From Dicyema japonicum (Eukaryota; Animalia; Dicyemida), in contig RDEW01000010.1 in assembly GCA_011109175.1 (NCBI GenBank), forward strand, positions 727,837 through 791,836: 64,000 nt of DNA, read 5' to 3'. The notes beneath the pieces are model-generated. The model was not told the DNA's origin. It saw nothing but the letters and a program-made list of their open reading frames with translations, and ran no database searches. Below, one piece after another: positions 23,461 through 34,945 of the stretch. Position 1 is the first letter of the stretch, and the number at the start of each line of letters is the position of its first letter. The translations under genes were made by a program, and so were the position numbers.

Positions 23461-23589
23461 ATTTCTTTATTTTGAGATATCGCTGATAATTTAAATTTAA
23501 GGTTAAAAAAGTTTAGAACTAACGGAGATAATATTTTATAACTCTTTTACAAATTATTTATTAAAACAAAATCAAAGACATTTATATCG

Positions 23590-24125
23590 TATCAAGTTCT
23601 GACTGCCAAGACACTAGGAGTTCCTCCAAACGATGGTCATTCCCAAACACTCTATTGAATTTTAACGAGTGCTGTGCAAAAGGTCTGCTGGCCCGGAGTT
23701 CGAATCTCATTGCTGTACATTCCAGCTGAAGGTTCCACATATCTACGATGCTTTGGTTTGACTAGTGAGCCGTCATCAGGAATTTCCCTTGACAGCTACC
23801 AGAAAAATTCCTTGGAACCGCTGTTTCCTGATTCTCATTACTCATTTTTCGATATCATTGACCCAAGCGATCATAGAAAAGAGACCGTCTTGGGCCCGAA
23901 GACTCCGCTCGTCTAGACGACAACGGGCTGTAAATGGAATCTGGTGGAAAGGCTGTCGTATTTTTTCTTGAAATTCTCTAAGTCCGAGCAGCCTCCATAG
24001 CATTCAAACGCAAAACTAGCAAGTCTAGACTGGGAAAAGGTGTCCGTACAGGCCTCATCCCAAATCAAGCATTTCCCCCGATAAGTAGCCCCGTCAGGGC
24101 ACTTTCCATCTAATGAATTGTATAT
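23590..24125 (-). mobile_element. CRE 3' fragment interrupted by a SINE
   Basis: PDGATYRGKCLIWDEACTDT, KKKY, SGVFGP, GMTIVWRNS. Confidence 0.75.
23655..23830 (+). mobile_element. tRNA-derived SINE (copy 2)
   Basis: B-box GAGTTCGAATCTC and body homologous to 5400-5500 (minus strand). Confidence 0.6.
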
Positions 24126-24399
24126 ATCCAATATAAAATTATTTTAAGGTTTATTGGATGATGTCTTATCTTTATTTGAAGATTTATATCAGATTTCTTT
24201 TGTGGTCAGAATCAAATTACTTTTTAATTAAATTTTTAGTATTTTTAATCAATTAAATATTATTGAATTCTCTAGCTAAGTCTACTAGCAACAGGACTAA
24301 TAAATTATGGATGTTGTCATAGATTAGAATGAATGAATAAAAGATCACGTAATAGTAAGGTGTTTGTATCATTATTTAATTTATCAAACAATAAACAAA

Positions 24400-24930
24400 T
24401 AGTAGCTTACTTCCAAACGTTCCTTTGCTGTCAACAAAATTCTGTATCACACAGCTTCTTTCACTTAGCTTGTCAGGAATTTTTTTTCAATGATCAAAGA
24501 TAAACAAGAGGCGCTGATTTGATATCGAAGATTTCAAATATGTTTTTATCTGTTTTAACTTTGAGAACGAACGTTCACAGATACCAACTGTAAGTAATAA
24601 ACGATGTGCAATGCACAAAGTTGGAAAAACATCCAAACCAACCTCAACTAATAAAGAAAGAAAATCTTTTTGCATTTTTTCTTTCTGCAGTTCTGTTTTC
24701 ACTTCGGAAAAGTTTAAGACAAGTCACAATTTTTGTAGAAATGAGATGAGTTAACGTCAGTCTGACAGTGTTGTTTCAAGGTTTTCAAATGTTTCATTGT
24801 TTTCAATATCAATTGAATCCTGCTTTACCAAGAATGAAAACTTGTCAGCGAGCCAACGAATGCGACATGAGCGTTCTGAACGTTCGGTTCTTCAGTTGTT
24901 TTTTTTTTATTTTTATCAGTTTTATTTTAT
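24400..24930 (-). mobile_element. hAT transposase C-terminal (dimerisation domain) remnant
   Basis: FPTLCIAHRLLLTVGICERSFSKLKQIKTYLKSSISNQRL; paralogue at 59283-59580. Confidence 0.8.
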
Positions 24931-25189
24931 AAACTTTATGATAAGCCTTCGTCTTTCGCACACTCTCCAGATATTATTTTCCTTCACCTAACTTTTGTAA
25001 GGGTACATTTCACTTATGATAGTAATCTGTTGCCGATCCGACTGCATTCTTAACGATGTCTTGAAATTTAAGGTCAATAATTATATTGAACCCATCAAGG
25101 TCATCTCTTGCCTAAATTGAATCAATTTTGGGATTTTGTAAACGTTTTGTCACTCTATGTACTGAAGACAGAATCGGGCACCAGAAATT

Positions 25190-25340
25190 TAAGAGAAATA
25201 AATTAAATTGCTGTCTTGCAAAAGAAAAACAACATGAGCGCTGTTGGTTATTTGAGCAAATCTCGCTCGCCATCTTTAGAGGAATAACCACACAGTCACG
25301 ACGGCCTATATATGACCATTTGCCCACTTTTTTCCTTAAT
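25190..25340 (+). mobile_element. CRE 3' fragment (further subfamily), paralogue at 61160-61290
   Basis: ERCWLFEQISLAIFRG. Confidence 0.7.
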
Positions 25341-25459
25341 AAATTGATATAAAAAAACAAGAAAGTCACTGACTTCGCTTCAATCACAAAGGATTGTGCA
25401 TGACTATGATTTTGATTTGACTAAACTTGCATGTTTATCTATTTCATGCATTTTAGTTA

Positions 25460-28360
25460 GTGCGCCCGCTTGTATACTAAAAATATCTCATGTGGCTTCT
25501 TTTTTTTCTTTTTTTTAATCGCGAAACGTGGCGTCATGTGGTTCACCTTTTGTGGTGGCGCTCAGTGTAATAATACACCAAAAAAAACCATTTTCTCTTT
25601 CCCATCCAGACTCCTTATGCCTGGAAAGTATACCTCAACTGGAAACTCGAGATGTTGTTGTTCCCTTGCATTCTATTGCTTTCTGGAGATATTGACAAAA
25701 CCCTGGACCAAAACCCCTTGTTATTATGCAACTCAATGCTACGGAATAAAAACAAAGATTCTGGAGTTACGATGTTTATTAACGACATCTGCCTTATCCA
25801 GGAGTCAAAACTTTCTACAAAGAGTACAACCCCACTTTTTCCTGGATACATCTCTATCAGAAAAGACCGCATTGGACGTGGTGGCGGCTTACTCACAATT
25901 ATTAAAAACGGTTTATCCTTCCACGATGTAAGCTCGCAAGTTGATGATTTAATTCTACACGACAATACCGCAGAACAAGTTTCTATTGATCTTATTAATG
26001 GGTCAGAACATCTTATTCTAATCAACATTTACATTCCACCGCAGGGATCCTGTCCTAATAACTATGTTTCTGAAACTCGACAAACTACAAGAAATTCGAA
26101 ATGTGTTACTATGTGGGGATTTCAACGTTAAACATCCGCAATGGCTTAGTACCCAGTCGGAGAAGGGGAGTCTAATTATCGACTCTTTCGAAAAAATGGT
26201 GGATTCTGAATCACCCGAATATCTTCACAAGGACACCTATCCGAAGAAATGACAACCCAACCTTCCCCGACATATCCATTGCTTCCTCTAGGATTGCCCC
26301 GAAGATTTCATGGAACGTCTCCTACGATTTTCATAGTGATCATAATCTGATTATATTAAAACTGAGGCGATTCAATAACTCACGTAGAATTAAAGCAACC
26401 TTCAAGGTCTATAAGAAAGATGACTGGTCGAATTTCAAGCTATTCATTGACCATAACCTAATACATTTTGATCACCTCATTTTGCTCCATCGACAAAGCA
26501 ATAGACTATCTAGACCATGTAATCCTTCAAGCTGAAAAGTTGTTTGTACCACGTGCAGTTTGCAAATCCTACACCTGCAAACTTCTTCTGATTTGGATAT
26601 AAAATCTTAAATCAGAGAATTACAAAGCTCATCAGAGAAAAGAAAGATAGGGCGTGGAACCGCCTATTATCATCTATTGGACATATGAAATCCACGAGTC
26701 TTTTATGGAAAACTATTCGTCGAATCAAGCTAAACTTATCAGATGAATCTGAATCTTTTTCTGCTCCAAATACTGTGCAAGCTAACAACCTAATGAAATA
26801 TTACGTATTCATAAGTCACAAGGACTTCTCGAAATCCCATTCTTGTCACCAGAATTTAATGCCTAAACCAACTTCGTGGATCAATTTATTTACGCATGCC
26901 GAGGTCACACAGGCAATAAGATCGATGAAGAGATCTTATACGTGTGGTCCTGACGGCATTCCGGGAATTTTGCTAAAACACCTTGGTAATGTTGCAATCA
27001 ATTCGATTACATCAATTTTTAATTTGTCTTCTAACATGAACGTCATCCCATGCAAATGGAAGAACTCACTAAAACCAGGAAAACCGAAAACCTTACTTTC
27101 TTCCTACCGTCCAATTTCATTAACGTGCGCATTATCGCGCCTAATGGAGAAACTCGTACTTTGGAAAATTAAACCCCATTGGCCCGACTGCCACTTTCAA
27201 CATAGTTTCAAATGTGAGCGTTCAACTACGACACATTTGACTTCACTGTCTAAACTTATATCGGAAGGGTTCAACGTACCGAAACGCCATCTACAGACAA
27301 TAGTGGTTTTTCTGGGAATCCAGAAGGCTTTCGATTCTGTCTCGAGAACATTACTCACGAAAAAGGTTTTTGACACCACCATTCAGCCGGCTTTGAAAAG
27401 ATGGATAGCCAATTTTCTCTCCGGAAGAAAAGGACGTGTCTGTATAGACCACGCAAGATCGAGGTCCCGTCTCTTACCAAATGTCGTCCCTCAAGAATCG
27501 CCCGTCTCTCCGGCGTTATTCAACTTATTCCTCAGCGATTTACTCTGACCTGGACGACCAGATTCAATGCTTCTCACATTTGCTGACGATCTGATCATCG
27601 CTAGCAGGAACAAATACGTGGGTACAGCAAAATCAGAGCTTCAGTCACTTATTGACGACCTGGGAGCCTGGTTAAAGTTGAATCGTCTCTCCATATCCAG
27701 GGATAAATCAACGTATACAATCTTCACCACGGACAGAAAAGAAAAACATACACTGGATTTGAACATTTTGGAGACTCCTTACCATTACAGATTCGTCCAA
27801 TTATCCTGGGAGTGACATTTGACCCTTTGATGACATTTTCTCAACATGTGAAGAACGTTATGACAAAGGTTCTAAAGAAACTAAATATAATCAAACCGCT
27901 CTTGAAGTCCACCGTCACAGGAATGCGCTCGTCGTGTTCGATCAACTTCTAAAACCGACGATTGATGCTTGTGCCTCATGGGCCTATGGAACTTCAATAT
28001 CAAATTCACTCAAGATCAATCCCTAATTGGCAAACTAGCACGTCTAACAAATCTACCCCCAATGTTTGACCACACCGCAATCAAAAATAATGGTTCCGGT
28101 TTCATCGGTCTGTGTGGCCAAGAAACAAGTCGTTTCTTCCATTCAAGGCTAGTGGGCTCAAATACACGAAATTTGGGGAAAAAACCCCTCTTTAAACTCT
28201 AATGAAAGATGATCGTCGTCTATTCAGGAAAGCCGTGGGTACTCTGGAGGAACACAGGAAAAACCTCTCGATCCTGTTGAGGCGTACCGGGATCACTTAA
28301 TTAGTTGGTTTACTCCTTTTTTCTTGGTGTTCTTTTTCGGGGTTATTAAATAATAATAAT
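25460..28360 (+). mobile_element. Near full-length Vingi/Ingi-like LINE (5' ribozyme-like module, 2A-like peptide, APE, RT, no RNase H, (TAA)n tail)
   Basis: LIQESK, RKDR..GGGL, INIYIPP, GDFN..HP.W, SDH; SYRPISLT, RSTTTHL, GFNVPKRHLQT (resembles the Vingi GFNxxKPPxRT motif), QKAFD, PQESPVSPALFN, FADDL, LGVTFDP; frameshifted. Confidence 0.88.
25530..25590 (+). ncRNA. Candidate HDV-like self-cleaving ribozyme
   Basis: P1 GGCGTC/GGCGCT (G1-U wobble), P2 TGGTT/AACCA, P3 ACC/GGT, P4 GTGTA/TACAC, then C-A-rich J4/2, all in HDV strand order. P1.1 is not obvious. Confidence 0.65.
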
Positions 28361-28440
28361 GTGGCTAGTTGGTCAAAAGTTATTTTCCTTCCCTCTGATG
28401 ACGTCATTGGATCAGCCTTACTGAGGAGACGCCAATGCCT
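28361..28440 (+). mobile_element. Vingi-like 5' module fragment directly after the LINE tail
   Basis: GTGGCTAGTTGGTCAAAAG..TTCC..GACGTCATTGGATC.GCCTTACTGAGGAGACGCC. Confidence 0.7.
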
Positions 28441-28449
28441 CGCCTGATT

Positions 28450-29000
28450 TTTTCTTAAAAAATTTTCAAAATGTGTCCAATTTGCAAGGGTCTAGTGTAA
28501 ATGACAAATAGAAAAGGAAAGAGGAGTCCCATTGGTACCCTTAATATAAGAATTCTCAGCCGATTCCAAAATTGAAGTTCTGTCAACGTCTTCCTCAATT
28601 CCTCGTAGAACTGATCAGGTTCTTCGGGATTTCTCATAACACGGCTACTGTGTTAGGCATAGATATTTATGATCGTAGTTTGTCTCATTGACTCTATTAG
28701 GATTCATTTTTAATTACAATACACAGATCCTGTCCTTAACTTTCCAGTATCTGACAAACATGGGACAATGTCCTTATGTATAGCATATCTTTAACATTGT
28801 CTCGAATCCAAAGAAAGTAATATTAACACATAGTTTCTATGCTCCTCTTACAATCCGTCAGCCATCTTAGTTTCCTGCAAGCATCAATCTTCCATATTTT
28901 TGAATGTCTACACAAAGTGCGTCTCTTCGTCAAATCTTTAAGTCCTCTGTTGAAGGTAAGAAGTTAGTTCATTTTGAAGTCTCAAACGCTTTTTAGACAT
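28450..29000 (-). mobile_element. Decayed RTE APE-domain fragment
   Basis: TFNRGLKDL..LC.DIQKY and RNPEEPDQFYEEL match the 18.5-19 kb RTE. Confidence 0.6.
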
Positions 29001-29415
29001 TTATACAATCGAGGCACGTCACCAACTCAGCCGAAATAGCACATACATTGGGGCAAATAAGTCATGCCAACCCTTACATAAATTCAAAATTTTTAATTTT
29101 TATAACAGAAAGTAGAATATTTCAACATAATGTAAAAATATTTAAAATTTAAATAACTGTTCTCTATCAAAGTTTATTATTTTTTAATGACTCGTTATTT
29201 TATATCGATGCAAATCTCAATTTCTAATGGAATCTTGATTTTTTCTGTGGAAAAACGTCATGGCAACATTCACGTTTTTAACTATTTTTTGTTTTTATTA
29301 GGCTCCGACAAGTCAATAGGTAAATTAATTATTCATGTTAATTTACATGATTTCATTTCCAATTTATTTCATACGTAACTAGATTATAATATGCCCATAT
29401 AGATTACAGAATAAC

Positions 29416-30268
29416 TATGTCCGAATGTACGAGGAAAGAGCATACATTACAAATCAAAGAGCAAATAGTACGGGAACATCAAAATGATAAGATAATAGAA
29501 AACTTTCGAAAACTATTAATATTCCAAACAGCTCAATTAGTAACATTATTAGGAGATATAATCAATTTTGTGCCAACATTATTCTACCCAGGTTAGGAGC
29601 GACAAGAAAAATACAAGATGTTCTCGATTTTTACTTATTCGAAAAGTTACCTAACAGCTTTGACAAAAAGAAAAGAATTATATTAAGATTTAAAAATGGG
29701 GGCACAGTTGTATCTCTGCGAAAATAACATACACATTGCGTAAAGAAGGACTACATAAGAAAAGACCTCGAAAATTTCTCTTCTTACAAAAAAAGCATAA
29801 AAAGGATGGATTACAATTCGCGAATTTTTTAATTCTGAATAAAGATGATTTTATTAAGCTAATTCTTTGGTCAGATAAAATCAAAAATAGAATTGTTCGG
29901 GAAAATTATACGTCTTCATTTTGGAGAAACTAGACACAGCATATCAATCATAATGTACTATACCAACTTTAAAATATGGAGAAGAAGTATCATGATTTGG
30001 TGGTATTTCTGTTTTTCGGGAATAGATCTATATTTTATGAATTCAATAGATAATTCTTCAAAATATTGTGACATATTAGAAGATTGTTTGTTCAAATCCG
30101 TTGAGAAACTTAATTTAAAGCCAAATGAATATGTATTTCAACAAGATAATGACCAAAACATACTTAAATTGATTAGAAAATGGATTGAAGATCACAATAC
30201 AAATATACTTAAATGGCCAAGTCAATCACCGGACCTCAATCCTATAGAAAATATATGGAAAGATTCTA
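29416..30268 (+). mobile_element. Tc1/mariner transposase pseudogene
   Basis: ILWSD, FQQDND, WPSQSPDLNPIENIW. Confidence 0.85.
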
Positions 30269-30278
30269 AACGTGACCG

Positions 30279-30405
30279 CGTAATGCCATGCGGTTCTATG
30301 TTGCTAGTATGTCAAAAATTATTTTCCCTCTATTTGATGGCGTCATTGGATCCACCTTTAGTTAGTTTGGTTACCCTTGGTCTTTGAGAATAAATTTAAT
30401 TTTTT
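30279..30405 (+). mobile_element. ~125 nt non-autonomous Vingi derivative (5' leader plus half ribozyme plus 3' end)
   Basis: GGCGTCATTGGATCCACCTT joined at a TTA microhomology to TAGTTAGTTTGGTTACCCTTGGTCTTTG; the 3' end is nearly identical to 56696-56740. Confidence 0.75.
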
Positions 30406-30489
30406 ATGCGGCCCTTGGAGCTCTTTGGGTGCCTGGTCTAGAGTTAAATAGTTTTAACTTTATGTTCATTTATCAAATATTTCAATCGG

Positions 30490-30720
30490 AACCATACACC
30501 GCCAGACAATCGCTGTGGAATATGCCTCTACTGTGTGGAGATTCGCGTTATCAGAGGCCACTATCCAAAGACTGAACTTACTGCAAAGGAAAACAATACG
30601 TATGCTGGGACCATAATGTGGAACAAAAATACCTCCCCTGCTGACGGAATCTACAACTCGTAGATGTGGTTCCGGATTTTTCCGTATTTGTGAGAAAAAT
30701 GGACATCCACTAAGCCTCTC
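30490..30720 (+). mobile_element. LINE post-RT fragment
   Basis: EYASTVWRFALSEATIQRLNLLQRKTIR. Confidence 0.55.
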
Positions 30721-31599
30721 ACTGTTTCACGCAAAAGAAAATTGCTTAGCTAAGAAATTTTCGTCCCCAATTGGCTTCCTCTGCAAGGATCAAAGAAGGT
30801 ATTTCGTTACAGGAGTTTTGTGGAAACAAAGAAGACACTAGTGTATCTCTACTGTTTGGAAAAAGTGGTTTGGCTCAAAGGACGTTAACACATAAAATCA
30901 CACTTTATACGAAAGAGCCCTAGCAGAAGTTTATTTGGATTAATTTGCATACAACCAACTGGTTTGACACGAATTTAGATTTTCAATAAAAGTAGCATTA
31001 TAAATCGAGAAAAAGAAACTTGTTCTCATTAAAACAAACTTTGGGAGATGTCGAGTAGAGGCAATAATAGTAAATTCTGACCATCGAAAATTCGTAGTGA
31101 TTACTAACATTCCGATCATCTGTGGTTTTCGAGTTTCTAATTCACATCAATAAAACAGTTACGTCATAGTCTCGGATTGTGTCTTTCGTCCATCTTATCT
31201 ACACAAAACGATGTGAAACAAAGCTGAGGGCTTTTCCGAGTTTAATTTTTTGTTTATAATGATGACGTTGGCCTCTTTAACAACTATCAGTAACTTTCTA
31301 TGGATTTTCAATGTGAAACTGGCATTGTTGAGTCCGTATGCTAATTTTTTCGATCTGGTCTATTTAGAACCAGAGCTAACAAAACCATTAAATCCAGTTT
31401 GGTTTGTTTGCACCATCCAATAACACATCTATAAATTTTTTTTCGGTCAGGTAGTCAAGATATAGATGATTTGGCTATGTCTCTCATCTTCATTGGTCAG
31501 CGTAGTCATGTCTATCATAAATTAAATATTTCGTTTTTTGATATCTTTTTTTCTTCTGTGGTGATTTCGCATTTATGCGAATGATTTGAAACAACGGTT

Positions 31600-32810
31600 G
31601 GTCGAGTTTTGACTTTGTTCGATATCTTTCTTTTTTTGCTCACATTCCTGAGAGGGAATAGCCATGCAGTCAAGACGGCTGCTGTTTGGTCCTCGAATAG
31701 ATTGTTTTACGATCCAATAAGAAACTTCCTCGGGACTTTGTCAAAAGCCTTGTTTATGTCGATGGAGACAATTATAATTCGCATGTGTGGTGGAGTGGCA
31801 TTAAATCTATCGGCAATGAATTGGGATAGTGCGGTTAAATGAGTGGTGGTGGACCTTCCAAGAAAAAAATCGCATTGAAAAGCCGTTTGAAGGAGGTCCA
31901 GAGTTATGGCAGATAGTATCAGTTTTTCAAGAAGTTTTGATCATGTGCTAGTTAGTGACCCAGGCCCGTGAGTTCCTTAATCTGGCGATAGCCTCTGAAG
32001 CCTGCTCATCTGAGAATAGTTCTAGGTAAGGTTATTTCTTCAATTTTTTAGTTCTAGGTAAGGCACGTACTCTGATATCCAGACGTTTAGAGAATACCTT
32101 GAAGCTGATAGCAGCGTAAGGTTTCATAAGTGGGTAAGGGTGTATGTGACAAATGTGTTCCCGAGAAGAGTTGCCAGTTCCATTTGATCTTCCAACTCTG
32201 ATTTAATTTGTTTTAGTGTTTTCTAGAATTGATGAGATGAACTTTTCCAGTTGAAGCGATTGACCAGGTGACGCCTGGTGGTCTTTAATGCTCTGGTTGA
32301 TACTTTTATTTAGTTGTCTGATGGATTTCAAAGATTTCAAGTCCGCTGGATTGCATCTTTTTATATGGTTTCTTTGTAGGTATAAAATTCGTGTATGAAG
32401 GGTATGCTGTTCTTTATAATGGTGTGCAGCCTCCACCTAGTATTCCCTGACGGTCCTTACGGATCAATGTATATCTGGGGAAGGAAAGTGTTGACGTGGA
32501 GGGTGAGAACTTGGATTCGTAGATGAGAGCAAGGTCAGCTCAATTTGCGGAGAGGACAGCTCGAAGTTCTAAAATCTTCCTTCTAATCCCATTTGTATTT
32601 AGTTGTAAAATTATTAAGTCTGCACGTGGACCAGGGTTTGTTTCAATGTTGCCATATAGGATCAATAGTCCAGAACAATGATAACACCAGATGGAGTCGA
32701 AGGCACATATGTTACGGGAACCCCCAAATGGTGGGGAGAAGTTGATGGCTCTTTTCCTTCATGTCTGGAATGAGTGACACCTTTTCGGGTGAGCCACAAG
32801 ACACCACGTT
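31600..32810 (-). mobile_element. Vingi-like LINE, 5' end with ribozyme, 2A and APE, then deleted RT
   Basis: GNIETNPGP, QLNTNGI, LIRKDR..GGG; GRSTTTHL, RFNATPP, SIDINKAFDKV. Confidence 0.8.
32746..32805 (-). ncRNA. Candidate HDV-like ribozyme (second subfamily, decayed)
   Basis: P1 GGTGTC/GTCACT (1 mismatch), P2 TGGCTC/GAGCCA, P3 ACC/GGT; no C in J4/2. Confidence 0.55.
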
Positions 32811-33317
32811 GAGCACATGTTTTCGAAAAAGTTAGTAAACTTAAAATTAAATCAAGTTCTTGAATCTGTAACTTGGCGGAGTTTATAAAATATTTCAAAA
32901 ATTGATCATCCAAGTTATATTTTTCTTGATTGAAAATACTGCCGCACTTGGTGGCTAAATGTTCCACGAATTTCATCTTTTGTTTATAGTTTGGACACCG
33001 TCCCGTATATCCACATATAAAGTCCCCACATTAAGACTTTGTCTTTGGTTAAGTCAAAGTTAGAGACTAGCTACGCTGCAATGGTACCCAAGTGGATTTA
33101 TCGTAACTCCTCAACGGTGAAGATTGCCATTTTCAAATGTTCTATTTCATACTCAGCGGGGTACCCAGAAATAACCTCAAGATATTGATTATAAGGAATG
33201 ACACGGTTATAGATGTAAAATTAACTTGGAATCAATATTTGTCACCAAGTAGGCTTATAAAAACCTACAAACTTTTATAAAAGATATTAACTATAAACCC
33301 AAAATACTGATATATTA

Positions 33318-34452
33318 TGTCACATGGGCCAAGCGATACCTATGGGCTGCCTGTTACATTAACCTTGAACCAAGATTAACTTCAATTAATTTTATAAATG
33401 ATTTATTTTTTTGCGAAAGAAATTTTATTATCAAATTAACCACAAAAATTAAATTTAAATAACTTTTTTTAGTCTACTCATTAATACAGTCGATATTTCT
33501 CCTTTCGAATTTTTTATCTATCAAATTAATTATTTCTGCAACTGGATAATACTGAGACTCAAACTTATCCAGTCGCAATGAGGGATTTGTTCCAAAGTCC
33601 ATTTTAGCCCGAACCTATTTATTAATGTTTTTAATTCATTCTTAATCTCCATGTTGAAAGTATATTTACTATTATGAACATTCTCTTTCCTGTTCATAGC
33701 TTTGTAATAATTCTAATTTTCTTCAATCGATTTAATTTCTAAATTGAACCTCTTCGCATTCGGACACAAATTATCTGACTGGGAATTATCTAGATATAAA
33801 TTTTTTTTAAATCAAACTACGTGAATTTTAAATAGATTCTGGAGTCGAACAATTAACCAAATCGTCAATTTGTTCTGTTTTTTCCACTGTTATCCAGCAT
33901 TTTTGACAACTTCCTCGTGATCGTCTGATTAAATCTTTCGACAATTCCTTGTGCTCATGGATTGTTCCGTGAATTTGCTTAATGTTAAAATCTTCGCAAA
34001 GTTTTGTTATTTCTTGATTTTTAAATTCAGTTGATTTAAGATAAAGTCTAAAATTATTGCAAATTTACAATATCTGTCATTGATAATGGCAAAATTCTCT
34101 ATCTTCTTTATAAGCCTATATTTTCGGTGCGTCGGAAGATTTTCGGGAAATTTATCATGCAAAGCATCTTTTAAAGTTTGATATTCAACGCAATCTTTCA
34201 CAAAACCCTTGTAAGAAGCCATTGCAACAAAATAATCTTCCATGCTATAAATCACGATAGAAATCTAGGTGTACCGCTATAAAAAATAAAATTTTTATAA
34301 TCATAACATTTATGCATAAAAAACTAATTTAACAGGATTAAATCACGATATAAATCGGATATACAAAATTAAATGTCGGATAATCAAAAGACCTTTTCAA
34401 GGTCGAAAAAATGTAACAGGCTGCCCATGCGTTACGCGCCGCCCATGTGACA
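33318..34452 (-). mobile_element. Ginger2/TDD-like integrase DNA transposon, internally deleted
   Basis: ~42 nt imperfect TIRs TGTCACATGGGC...GCCTGTTACATT, TG...CA ends, TATTA duplicated at 33313-33317 and 34453-34457; Gin-like N-terminus (FPENLPTHRKYRLIKKIENF) and rve C-terminus AQGIVERFNQTI. Confidence 0.8.
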
Positions 34453-34539
34453 TATTAAAGCCACAAACTTATTTTATTGGAATAAGCCCTGTTATATCGA
34501 AAAAAGGTCGAGTTATAAATTTCTAATCAAGGTATATCT

Positions 34540-34870
34540 AGTTCGCATGTTCGAATGGAAACGCATCCTTTCCAAACAACACATCTATCCACTCCGTGGA
34601 AACCGCTTTCAGTGGAGTAGGAAGAGAAAATACTCTTGAATGCCTATCAGGGACTGGGAATCTCCTGAGAAGGTAGATTACATTACTATTTGAAGAAGAA
34701 ATATAGCAGAACGGGATTATTCGACCAGGAAGGCAAAAATGTGGGCACCGAACCCACTCGAGCGACAGCACTAACTATTTAGTTACCTGGTTTTTGCATA
34801 ATGTATTAATGAAAAATTCCAAAAACCACGGTAACACCAAACTAACTACTCATTTAATCCCGGCAAACAT
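34540..34870. mobile_element. Two Vingi-like 3' ends, tail-to-tail
   Basis: Plus-strand end at ~34810; the minus-strand end reads CCGGGATT..GAGTAGTTAGTTTGGTGTTACCGTGGTTTTTGG. Confidence 0.55.
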
Positions 34871-34945
34871 AAATAACCGAAATCACACATTCTCATAAAA
34901 TAATTTATTAAATAAAACATTAAATAATTATAACCCACAAATTAA

